NCBI GenBank assembly: GCA_021613535.1
Contig: CP075492.1
Span: forward strand, 12,462,001-12,526,000
DNA length: 64,000 nucleotides
Source: Adineta vaga
Taxonomy: Eukaryota > Animalia > Rotifera
Direction of reading: 5' to 3'
Part shown: positions 24,632 through 53,724 of the stretch, one piece after another
Layout of the letters: the number at the start of each line of letters is the position of its first letter
How positions within the stretch are numbered: the stretch's first letter is position 1
Program-made: the position numbers and the translations under genes
Notes under the pieces: generated by a model
Database searches by the model: none
What the model saw: the letters and a program-made list of their open reading frames with translations, nothing else
Told to the model about the DNA's origin: nothing

Positions 24632-26177
24632 ATGGGTAAGTCACGTAAAAAACCGACTTCAAATAATCGATCAAAACAAAATGATCCTAATATATACTTA
24701 TCCAATGGCAATGACGATAATGGTCATGATATTGGGGATGAAATAGATACATTTTACGAAGAACGTGATGAAAATCTTCGAACAGCTGTAGCAAAAACTA
24801 CGAAAAAATTTTCCAAAAACAAAAAAAGTGTTTCATGGGCATTAGATAATGGTTCCGATGAAGAAAATGGTCGCGATGAAGTTCTTGCATTTGATGACGA
24901 TAACGATTCTATGGGAAGTGATGATGAAGATGATGATAATGAATATCAACAAATATCAGGTATGGGTGGTGGTGATGATGATGATGAAGATGGAGAAGAA
25001 ATGGATGAAGATCTTAGTGGTGCATGGGGAACATCTCGAAAAATGTTCTATAATGAAGATGTGAATGCTGACGATGAAGATGCGAAATTAGAAGAACAAG
25101 AAGCTGTACAAATTCAAAAGAGATATTATGATATGTTAGAAAAAAATGATTTCGGTCTTGATTTATTTCAAGTGAAACCATCGACAAAACTTGCATCTGA
25201 TCATCCACTTGATGAACAAGCATTACGTCGTCATATCATTTTACCAGACAATCTTTTAGAATTAAGTTCAAATGAACGTTTACAATTAATTCGTGATCAA
25301 TCACCTGAGTTAGAACCATTATGTAATGAATTTAAGAATATATTTGATGACTTGAAAATATATCTTTTACCATTCGTTCAACTCGTTATTGATACATCGT
25401 CGTTAGAAGATTTTCATTCCTATTCTGGTTGGCAATTTGTTCTATCAACTCTTGAACTTTATTTAACTTATTGTTCATATTTAAGTTTATATTTAATGAT
25501 GAAATCAACTGATTTGAACGTTACAAAACATCCGATTATAAATGATATTGAACAATATAGAAAACTATGTCAATTAGTCGATGACGAATTTCAATCAATA
25601 AAACCTGATTTATTGAAATTATGTGAATTACTACAAGAAAAGAAAATCAAATTAAATCAATCATCTATATTGAAACAGAAAGAACAAATATCCAAACCAC
25701 GTTTAATCATGACTAATGGAATTAAACTACCAACAAAATCAACGGTAAGATTCAGAGAAAATAAAGCATACAATATTTGATTATTGATTTCATCTGGGGA
25801 AAAACAGTTGATATAATTATTTTTGTTTTTATTCTATTTAGAGTGAAACTTCTGCTAAACCATCTCTTCGTGATCGTATGATGAAGAGACGTGAACAACA
25901 AATCAAATCAGAAATTGCAATTCAATCTGATGAAGAAAAAGAAACGAAACCAGAAAAACGTCGTATTACATATGAAATTGAAAAGAATAAAGGTTTAACA
26001 ATCAAACGTAAGAAAGAAAATCGAAATCCTCGTGTTCGTCATCGCAATAAATATGCACGTGCTTTAATTAAACGTAAAAGTCGTGTACCTACAGCACGAA
26101 CTGAAGAAGATCGATATATCGGTGAACCGACTGGTATTCGTGCTGGTATTAAACGTGGCATTAAACTTAAATCTTAA
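24632..26177 (+). CDS. UTP3: Sas10/Utp3 SSU processome component, 2 coding exons
   Basis: Acidic N-terminus with AWGTSRKMFY and LEEQEA, SPELEPL, HPII; intron at about 25745-25842; C-terminal Sas10 domain KRRITYEIEKNKGLTIKRKKENRNPRVRHRNKY...YIGEPTGIRAG. Confidence 0.93.
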
Positions 26178-26247
26178 TGTTTTCTGTGTTTATTTGTTTT
26201 TTGTTTCATTAATAGAAAAGAAAAAAAAAGAATGGAATGTTTTTATT

Positions 26248-26929
26248 CTAAATTTCACAACCACCTTGAGCACAGATGGTTTCCAAAGTTTTGATAGCTT
26301 CTGGTACACCTGCTTTCGCTGCTTCTTCGATCAATTTACGTGCTTCTCTAGAAAAAATATATTCACGAAAGTAAGTTCTAATTCAATCAAAGCAAGATAA
26401 TCATACCCTGGCTGAAGACCTGTATTAAATCCACGTAAATGTGAAATAGCTAAATTATATTGCGCTTTCGGATGACCTTGATCTGATGCTTGTTTAAGCC
26501 AATAGACTGCCGATTCGGAATGATGATCAGCACCAACACCTGAACAAAAAAAAATACATCATAAGACAAAAGTCACTAAATTTCTATGATATTTTACCAT
26601 GCATATAACTATGTCCAAGATTATGTTGTGCTTCTTTATAGCCTAAATTAGCATAGAAACGATTGACATGAAAATGAACATGTTCAAAATGATAATAAGT
26701 TGCATAGAGTAATCCAATACCAAGACAAACAAGAAGACCCTATGAAAAGAAATTTTTGTGTTGGGTAACAATTGATTAGTTTAATTTTTACTTCAGCAGC
26801 TTTGATATACCATGGATCAGGTTTTTTTCTTCGAGCTAAACGAACTCGACCATGAAATGGTAGAGATTCATTTGGTTCGGGCGCAATATCTAAAAGTCGT
26901 CGGCGTATTTCTTCTTCGGCTGTTGACAT
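26248..26929 (-). CDS. Small membrane-anchored Sel1-like repeat protein, 4 exons
   Basis: Spliced: MSTAEEE...WYIKAAE/GLLVCLGIGLLYATYYHF (TM)...LGYKEAQHNLGHSYMH/GVGADHHSESAVYWLKQASDQGHPKAQYNLAISHLRG.../EARKLIEEAAKAGVPEA...GGCEI*. Matches Sel1 consensus A..GH..AQYNL. Confidence 0.82.
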
Positions 26930-27580
26930 TATATCCTGTTAATGATATTAATATTAGTTGACACGATTCCTTTGTTGTGTCTTTATTTGAAGAGAATAAA
27001 GTGTTTTTTTTTTCAAACGCAAAAAAAAAGAAAGAATATTAGAATAGTTTTCAACTATTTTTTTCTCCTTTATTATATACTTTCATCAAAACAATGTAAA
27101 AAAAAAGAAGCAGAAGAAGAAGAAGGAGAAAAACTCACTTGGGAAATAATAAGAAAAAAAAGACAAATATGTAATAGTCATACTAGGTAGTTTCTGAATT
27201 GACTGAGTAATAGCAGAGACTTTTTTGCTTTGTCTTCTTTCTTCTTTTCTCTCTCTCCTTCTCTATTTACTTGCAAACGTTTGTATGTTTGTTTTTCTAG
27301 AATACATTGCCGATCTGTTGTTGTCATTACTTTCCTTTTGTTATAGAACAAATTAATCAGTTATCTTTTGACATTAGTGATAAAATATTATTTTTGATAA
27401 ATGGAATTTCTATCGAGATAATATTCAATTATGTCGATGTCGATGTCGATGAAAGCTTGTTCTTCTTACTGGACACTAATGTTAATGAGAAAAAAAGGGC
27501 TATTTTTGTTTATTTTGAATATTATAAAATCATTGGATTGTTTCTTTTATGGCAAATCCTATGAAGAACTAAAATAATTT

Positions 27581-29399
27581 CTATACTTTCTCCCTTAATA
27601 TCACATAAAATACAATAAACAACAACGGAAGAAATGTCTGACGAAATCTTGTTTCTGTTCGATTGGGTAAAGCAATTTTGCTTATTTGAATAACAAAATG
27701 TTCATTCGGCGAACAGACACTTTTACAATCCATTTGTGGACATAAATTATTATAATATTTATAAGCATTTCGACATGTTATTGATGTATTAACAAATTTT
27801 TTTCCTGATCCACGATTCATTTTACGTATAGCTGGTGAAGAAAATTGTGTTTGAATCTGATATGCATATCCACCTCGACATTCTTGACCTGTATATGCCA
27901 ATGATTTTTGATCATGTAGGAGATAATTTAATGTACAATTACATATTAATGGATTATTTTCAATATGTATAGTTGAACGTGCAAATTTATCGAATGTACA
28001 TGGATGAAGTGTTTCAAATTGATTTGAATGTAAATAAATATGTAATGATGAATGAGATGTTGAACGAGAAAGACCATAGAATGCACATGTATCAAGATTT
28101 GAAAGATTATTATTACCTGAAACAAAAGAGAATAGATAACTGACGAATAATGAAATAAAATTACATACTAAGATCGAGTTTATTCAATGCTTTTAATGTT
28201 AGAAATTCACATGAATTCAATTGACTTATATTATTTGATGTTAATTTTAATTGATTTAATTCATTTAAATATGCATTATAGAAGATTTGAGTGATATTTT
28301 CAATAGAATTATGTGATAAATCAAGATATTTTAAACGATATAGTCCAGTCCAAACATTAGCAGACAATGAATAGATTTGATTATGTTGTAATTTTAATAA
28401 ACGTAAATTAACTAGATAAGAAAAACAATGTGATTTTAATATTGTTAATTGATTATGTGATAAATCTAAATAGTCAATTAGAAATGGACCTGCATAACCA
28501 TGTGGATGTCGTTCAAATGTTAAATTATCTATAGATGAAATTTGATTATAAGATAAATCTAGTCGAGTTAATCGATGAGAAAATCCAAAGGCATATGCTG
28601 GTAATGAACTGATGTTATTATAAGAAAGATAAAGTTCATAGAGACCTGTAGCATTATATAAAGCTTTCAATGGTACGGAATCCAATCGATTATGATCAAG
28701 ATAAAGTATTGAAACTGAAGATGATTCACCCGATAGAGATAAAGCAAATGTATGAATTTGTTTGCTTTTATCACGTAATTGTAATGTTAATTCAGTAAGG
28801 AGACGTGTATATTCATAATTTGAATGAGAAATTGAACGTTTTATTATCTCTTCAATGTCATCATCTTCTTCTTCTTCTGCTTCCTTTTCTTCTTTGTCCT
28901 CATCTCCATTATTTGTGATGAATAAATGTTTTTTATTTGGCCACTGATCGATTAAATGTCTATGAGTTAAATTTAATTGAACGATAAGATCGTAAGCTAA
29001 TGAACCTGAGAAAATTAAATAACGAATTCGCATATTCTTTGGTATCCATTGTAGATTTGTTAAATTTTCAAATGAATTAAAAGCTAAATCAATATTCCAT
29101 TGAAGAATTGTTTCATTTGTTTGAATCGTTTCAAAAGTTGGTAGAAATTTCAATTGACGAGAGAAACAATCAATCCATAAGCGATTATTTTCCATGTCAC
29201 ATAAACATTGACAAGGATGAGAAACAGGACATGGTTGTACATATTGATGACGAGTACGAATATCGATATTAATTGAAAATAAATAAGGTGAACATGTTGA
29301 TTTCGAGAATGAATGGACGGATACTGGGAAATTAAACATAATGAAGAGATATATCACGGGAAAAACAAATGATTTTGGAACTAAAGAATACCATTGCAT
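27581..29399 (-). CDS. Secreted or cell-surface leucine-rich-repeat protein (signal peptide, LRRNT, LRRs, LRRCT, C-terminal hydrophobic tail), 2 exons
   Basis: Hydrophobic N-terminus, CPVSHPCQCLC cap, repeated LxxLDLSxNxI, intron 28168-28117, NNPLICNC LRRCT, terminal FLPLLFIVFYVIL. Confidence 0.87.
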
Positions 29400-30784
29400 T
29401 GTTCTTCATAGTGTTACACTTTCATAGATATTGATTGATGGTAAGTGTTGATTCAACTATAGGAGAGAAAAGAAAAAGAGAAAAAGTAACAATTTTCTTT
29501 TTCCTTTATTTGCTTTGCTTTTCACATGTGCATGTCTACTATTATTAACGTCACTCAGTGATTAGTACTCTATCATTAACAGGCATATAACCTTGAATAG
29601 TTATTTGTCAAAAAGCTAGACATACATTTTCTTAAAAGTTTCTCAAATAATCACAGATAGAACGAAGAAGCTAAATCGAACTTACGAATAAATTCATTGC
29701 AGATTTATCAATATGAAATCTTGGTCTTTCGTTTATTCAATGATAGGAGTGGGTAGTAGTTAGATTGATGGTAATGGATTATTACCGTCATTGAGAGAAT
29801 GAAAAATAATAGAGAGAAGAAACAAGTCTAGTGAGAAACCGAATCGATGCTATTTGCCATCTATGTAAAAAAAAGATCGAAGCAAAGAATAGAAGAACTA
29901 GAGAGAGAGACAGAGAGAGAATAGAAGAAAACGAGAGAATTTTTTTCTGTTCTCTTAGGGTCTTTCTCAATTAAAACTATATAGAACAACGTCACTAAAG
30001 AGACTTACAACAGAAATATTAGATCGTTTTCCGTTCTCTTTCCGAGTATGTTGGAATGAGAAAACAAGTAAGCAAATCGCCTCAAGTCAATATAGCTCTT
30101 TTTTTTCATCATTATGATGACAAAAGGCAATATTGTATCATTAGTTCCAACTTGATGAACCGTACCAATTCGGATTTTTATCATAGCCATAACGCTGAAA
30201 CGAATTCTTCATTCTATTGAAAGGTTTCTAATTCGTTTGTTATTTCTTTTGGATAAGATATGAATAAATCAGGCATACGTTTTGATAGAGAATTTATTCG
30301 ATTAGAGATCCTTTCGACTAGTCCGATTCCGATCTAATCCGATTAATTATATTCTTCGTTTTTTTTTCATCGATCAAGAATGTCGATTTAATATTAATAT
30401 TTAACAGTTCTAGCATAACTTGGTATGAAGATCAAACTAATCTATTTAATACTTGCCGATGAGCTCCATATCAAGGTTATCGAATTTCTCAAGTATACTG
30501 TTTGTATTGTCTATGATATAGAAATATTTCTACTTAATAAATAGTTATCATTGTATATCTGATACAAAAACAAGTTCCTTGTTTGCTTATATATACAAAA
30601 TCATGAAATCTACCACTAATCAACTAATGGTTTTCTAATAAAAAGAAAAATATGTTTATAATCAGAAAGATAAACAATACTTGAAATCAAATTGATAATT
30701 ATAAACGAGAAAATCAATGTTTGATTTTTCTTTTCTATTATTTGAACTCGTTTTAAATAAATGTTTATCAGTAATGTCGATCGA

Positions 30785-30810
30785 ACGACGACGACGACGA
30801 CGACGACGAC
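30785..30810. repeat. (ACG)n microsatellite
   Basis: Perfect ACG tandem run of about 8.7 units. Confidence 0.9.
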
Positions 30811-32024
30811 ATATTTTTAATTTACATTATTGAAATTAACATTGGCAATTAAGTAATTTGATCGTTGAAGAAGATCATATTTCCTATAGAAATGTCCTAG
30901 ACTTTTACATTGACAATATTCTTGAATGTCCTTGGAGAAAATAATAGCAAAGGAATTCTTATGAACTATTTAAATACGTGTATATATTTGAAATGAAGAA
31001 GTTATCATTTAATCAAACTAATGGATTTATGTGAATATTAGTTTAGAAATAGTAAAGAATAAATGGGAATGAAGGATGTGAAATTTTGCTCATAAACTAG
31101 TTGTTATTAGTCTAATTCTGTTAGAAGTAGAATGAAAGCTGTACGATTGCAGTAAATAAAATAGAATTTAATTAACTACAATAACAATAAGAGCAGAATG
31201 TATCTGTATCATTATTATTTTCAAAGTATTTCCAATTGGTTTTGTAAATATTTCAAAAGAGAACAAGTCTCATTTGTCCTAATTAACATATTCTTCTTTA
31301 GAGACGAAGATCTGTTATATTAATTAGTAGTTTAATCATATTTCGTCTTCGAGCGATTTAACTAATGAATCAACAAAAAAGAAGTAACAAAAATGAATAC
31401 TTAGTGATGCATGTGGAAAGACATGCACTTTACACTTGATGATTAGAATTGAAATCCAATTAGTTGATGGAATGAATGACTGGAGACAGAAAAAGAAGAA
31501 GAAGAAAACCTACTGATGATCATCAAGCATAAATTTATCATTATTAAGATTAACGTTAGTTTAAGAAGGAACTATCTACACAATGAAAAGTAGTCTATGA
31601 GTATTGTACGATTTACATTCGTACAAAACTTCTCATGTGAAAATATTAACAATCAATACAGACATTCTCAAGGGAAATTAATGTGAACTGTATCTATTAT
31701 TGCAAAATAGAAAACATCTTCTATTCATAGATATATGCATTTTACGAATAACGTTTTTTGATTGTATAGAGAATATAAACAGTTAGAAAAGGCAGATGAT
31801 GAAAAGTACATATTTCTCAAATCGAATAAAACAAGATAAAAGAAGAGAATGAGTTTCTTCTGTCTTTTTTTCTTCTTCTTCTTATTACTTACTTCCGTAT
31901 TGGTGTATATACTTTCTCATACACGAATGAATATGAGAGAAAGAAAGAAATCAACCTGTATGTCTTTTTATTTAATTAAAAAACAAAGATAAGTGTTTGT
32001 AGAAACATTTCAACATTGATAAAT

Positions 32025-33562
32025 ATGTCATTCAATAGTGAGACAAATACCAGTATTGGAAATGAATATCATACAGGTAAAATACATATTATCTTTCGTT
32101 GTGTATTAAATTAAAATATGAGTATTGTTAACTGAAGAACGCGAATCGATCTACAGGGGTGCCTTTTCGTTTTTGTTTCTTACAACCATCGTAAATGACT
32201 AGTTTAAGACTCAAGAGATTGTATGTAACTTACTAAATATCTAAAAGATTAGAAGTAAAGCCATTCAGAGCAAAGTTAAAGTGCCAACCCTAAATCGATC
32301 TTTTCAATTATTTAATGTATAGGTTTAAATAATTCAACAACAAATACAATTTATGACTGTTTCGTCTGTTCATTACCCATTTGTGATCAAATTGTATTTC
32401 GAATTAATGGTAATCATTATCATAGTTTATGTATCAATTGTTCGGAATGTCATATGGAAGTAGTTGATAAATGCTATTCTCGCAATAGTATTATCTACTG
32501 TAAAGAACATTATTTCAAGTAAATTGAATTCATTTTGAAAGGCACTGGTAATTAAATTCATCATTCATTTAGTAAATTTGGCAGTAAATGTGCATCATGT
32601 GGTTATGGTATATTACCTACGGAAGTTGTTCGACGTGCAAATGATTTCGTGTATCATTTACAATGTTTTACTTGTTTGATTTGTCATCGACAACTGAAAA
32701 CAGGTGATGAATTTTATTTAATTACAGATCAAAAACTTGTTTGCAAATATGATTATGATGCATTAAAAACCAAAGGTAAATTTGTACATTGAAAATGTAT
32801 TTAGTATAGTTTAAATTTGAGAATGAATTTTGTTCTAGCATTTGATGATAGTAATAAACGACCACGTACAACAATATCTCAAAAACAACTCGATGTTTTG
32901 AAACAAATTTATATAACAACACCAAAACCACCACGACATTTACGTGAATCTCTAGCTGTTGAAACTGGTTTAGATATGCGAGTTGTACAAGTTTGGTAAG
33001 CTTGGATTTTCAATAGAATCGAGATAATTTTGAATCGCTTTTATTCAACAATACAAGGTTTCAAAATCGTCGAGCAAAAGATAAACGAATAAAAAAAGAT
33101 TCAAATCGACGATGGCCAACAACTACACATAAACAAGGAACGACTAAATCAAAGAACAAAAATCAATCTGAAACTCAAGAAAAAGACGAAGAAGATTCTA
33201 GCGATGACGGCAATGTCATTGCATCAGATGAGGGTAATTGACATTCTCTTGAAAACAAAACAAGATAATGTATATTGATTTATATTTTCATAGAATTCTC
33301 TGAACAAGAATCCGACAATTCATTATCACATATTCATCATAAGAAATCTATCCATCCAAATGCTCATCGATCGACTCATGATTCAGTTTCATTTCATTCT
33401 AATTATACAGAATTAAATGGATTACTTGTTGCATCATCATATCCACCAATATCAGGCTTCGTTTCAAGACATCAGTTTTCACCATCATCGTCAGTAATAA
33501 CTATTAATGATGATCTTGGTTCATCACCTGAATTGGAATTTCATCCAATTACAAGAAAATGA
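32025..33562 (+). CDS. LHX3: LIM-homeobox transcription factor Lhx3/4 (Lim3); about 6 exons
   Basis: Two LIM domains ([11 protein letters not shown]...[10 protein letters not shown]...YCKEHY; [34 protein letters not shown]...GDEFYL) and homeodomain [17 protein letters not shown]...[26 protein letters not shown], typical of Lhx3/4. Confidence 0.93.
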
Positions 33563-33727
33563 TAAACTTTCTTTCCATTATTCATAATTGTCTTTTATTA
33601 ATGGTAATATGTGTATTGTTATTGTCGTGTATTACTTATAATAAATGTGCTTAAATAATATATTCTCTCTTGTTTTCTAACATTTATTTATAAAATCAAG
33701 CAAAAACACATCAATATCGGTTTTTAT

Positions 33728-34842
33728 TCAATCCAAATTTGCAGGACAATTAAACCATTTGTATATTCTTAGACACAAAATTGGATCGATAACAACTACA
33801 GAATTATTAAAATTCGATTTTTGTGATGAGAATTTCGAACCATCGAACCACATCTTTAATTTATGATATCGATAATCACTACTAACATTCAATGTAATTT
33901 TTGATAGAATCATTCCCATGAATGGACCAATTGGTGTTAATTTCGAACTAACTAAATGTAGTATAAAACTATTTCGATCGATCATATCAAGATTATCCAT
34001 TTGAAATAGAGGTGATAAAGTTTGAATAGGTATTTTCTTCTCTATTGATGATTGATCTTGATTGGAACAGAATTCGAAATAATAATTATATAATTCACGT
34101 TGTGTTGATAATTTGGAATACCATATACGAATACAGCGAGATGAAACAAGAAAATGTGGATCTTTTTGGATAGCATCAGCTTTGTTTAAACGATCTTGAA
34201 ATAATGGATAAGTTTGATAAAAAGATTTGATAATGTAAGTTCGTACGATAGACGGATGTTCTCGAACAAGTAGACGACTCCTTCGTTTTGCTTCAGATTG
34301 ATTATATCTAAACGATAGAAATTGATTATGAATACACGATGGCAAAAAAGTCAATAATGTTACCTTCGAAATAGAAAAATCCAAAAAGGAACACTATTAA
34401 CCACTTGATTTGTTGCTCGACAAATCAATGCAAATCTTCCTACATCTTCTGGTGCAATATGACTCGCAATCAGATACCAAAAATCTAATGGATATGTTGT
34501 TCCATTATAATCATCTTGTTTGATAATAAGTTGTTTTCGTTTTGATGGAGGAATTGTCCGTTTTACTATAAGATTGTCATCTGAATTCTGGAAATCATCA
34601 AATTCATCTAAATCTTTCTCATACCAATCTTGATCGTCCATAAGAGTTTTACTTAATTGAGTTAAACTTCTCAATGAAGACTCTTTCGTAGAATAAGATT
34701 GATCATATATACTGAAATCTAAAGTGTATGTGCGCAAATATATACACGTGTTATTACGTAAGTTTTGATTACCTTTGACAGCAAAATGAAGGAGCGTTCT
34801 TTGATTCTGATGACGACTTTGTTTATAAATTCGGTGGGTCAT
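33728..34842 (-). CDS. TMEM183: TMEM183-family protein (F-box-like segment); 2-3 exons
   Basis: YPLDFWYLIASHIAPEDVGRFALICR...FWIFLFRR/Y, RTYIIKSFYQTYPLF, FMGMILSKITLNVS and VIDPILCLRIYKWF match remembered TMEM183 motifs. Confidence 0.8.
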
Positions 34843-35492
34843 AATTTGTCGAATGAATCAAAAGTTTTGTTTTTGCAAATGTTGTAAAGTGGATTTGATG
34901 AATTTCAGTAATTAGAATCATTATGAATTTGAAGACGAGTTTAATTTTTATCAATAGATAAAAAACGGTTTGAGTCATCGATATAAATTTGTTTTTTTTA
35001 CGATAACTGATTCAACTACTTCGTTATAGATGCCGCTATATTTATATCCTCAAAAAGTAATGATAATACGTTGAGAATATTGTATCTGGATAGTACTTTC
35101 ACTTTTGATGTATGTTCGCTCACTATACTTTATTGCTCCCTATATTTGAATTTGACCATCTAAATTATGAAAATCTTATTTCTGCAAACATTGTGATACT
35201 AAAACGATCATTGACTACAGAATTGGATGATTTTACTCGGATAATCACTTGACTCGATTCGAAACTCGTCTAACTATTTTATTTCAACTCAATCTTTAGA
35301 ATAAATATCTACTCGATATTTTATCAGAGAATATTTTCAATGAACGTGCAATCAATGTCACATGTCGTCTACAATTAGACTAATGTATACTTTCTTTCAA
35401 ATTTGAACTCAACTATTTAACTATAATAGCTGAATTCGATTTTTATTTCTACAGATGTCGCTATGTTCGTTGTAAAGGAGTATGAATAAGAC

Positions 35493-35505
35493 GTTACTTA
35501 GTCAC
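35493..35505. promoter_or_regulatory. Candidate RFX X-box, about 86 bp upstream of the dynein-2 ATG
   Basis: GTTACTTAGTCAC; the reverse complement GTGACT-A-AGTAAC fits GTNRCY-N(0-3)-RGYAAC. Position is typical of X-boxes of intraflagellar transport genes. Confidence 0.6.
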
Positions 35506-35590
35506 CAAATGAAACGTTCATCTGTTATGAGAGTTATCAGCTGTAACAAAATATAGTGCAAATTAATTTCCTTTTATTCATGTTTTAAAC

Positions 35591-52560
<16,970 letters not shown>

Positions 52561-53139
52561 AGAAAACCTCGCATTTTCTATTTATTTATCAATAAAAATC
52601 TAAATCAAGAAAGAAAATGAAATTATTCGGAACGAAACAAAAGAGAAAATTTGATTATTCGAAGAGAATCGCTTTCGATTCAACCAATCTATTCTTAGAT
52701 GCATTTGCATTATTAGGAAATGTCATGTAAGAAGATCATTTATAATCATATGAATAGAATTTCAAATAGGATAGACTTCAAACACAATCGAGAAAATATG
52801 AGCATTTTATGTATGCCTTGTCAAAGATATGCGAAATAACTAATCATTCTTTCATTTTCATACAAAAATAACTTGAACAATGAGCTAAAGATTACATATT
52901 CATTCTCTTTTTTTTCCACTCTTTGCTCTTCAAAGATATAGATCGAATTAAAGAGAGAGAGAAAAATATATAGATTAGATGACTAATCAAGTTACGGCAA
53001 TAATCGTTTCTTTTTTCTCTCTACTAGCATTGAACATTGCAGAGAAGAATATATATCTATATATAGTTGAGAGCATCTATTTCTCAACTTACACAATAAA
53101 TCTACAGATTTATCTTAACAAGTTTTGAACTATTCACTA

Positions 53140-53500
53140 ATGGAATTTTCGAATCCTAAACTCTGCTTCCTTTTTATCCTTATTATCGTACGTATAATTA
53201 CATGAGACAATTTCTAAATGACGAATTATGTTTTTCTTTGATTAGATTGGCAGTCAATTGTTATATGTTTGCAGTGAAAGTCCTTCGGATACTTTAATTT
53301 TAAATAAACGTTATCGTTTTGATAAAAAAGATAGTTCAACATCGAATGAAAATGATGATCTTAGTGATGAAGATCATGATTTCTATCCCATGAATAAACG
53401 ATATCGTTTTGATAAACGTTATCGTTTTGACAAAAAACAAGTGAATACAAATGGATTTAACAAAAGATATCGCCTGGATAAACGTTATCGATTTGATTGA
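53140..53500 (+). CDS. Neuropeptide precursor, 100 aa, 2 exons, encoding 4x YRFD and 1x YRLD
   Basis: Exon 1 (53140-53187) MEFSNPKLCFLFILII plus exon 2 (53246-53500) IGSQLLYVCSES... form a signal peptide. Repeats are flanked by KR/KK dibasic sites and there is an acidic spacer (NENDDLSDEDHD). Confidence 0.88.
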
Positions 53501-53724
53501 AAATATTCAAAATAAAATAAAACTTCCATAAAAAAAAGAAAAGAAAGAACATTTAAAAACTTCTTTTTTTTCCCTGTTTTTCTTTGTTTATAAACATTGA
53601 CATTTATCTTATTTTACAACCTGAAAAACAATATATATGATTCTCTATATTATGTAAATCATTTTCACAAAAAAAGAATGAAAAGGTTATATAATCCAGT
53701 TTTTATTTCGTTTTCAATGACAAG

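Noticed and set aside
30280-30360. CCGAT/TCGAT-rich patch, with a similar ACTCG-rich patch at about 35230-35330, as MITE remnants
   Set aside because: No definable terminal inverted repeats, target-site duplication or second copy in the window.
29400-32024. Many TAAT/TAATTA homeodomain-like sites upstream of Lhx3/4 (autoregulation)
   Set aside because: Expected by chance at this AT content; cannot be supported without conservation data.
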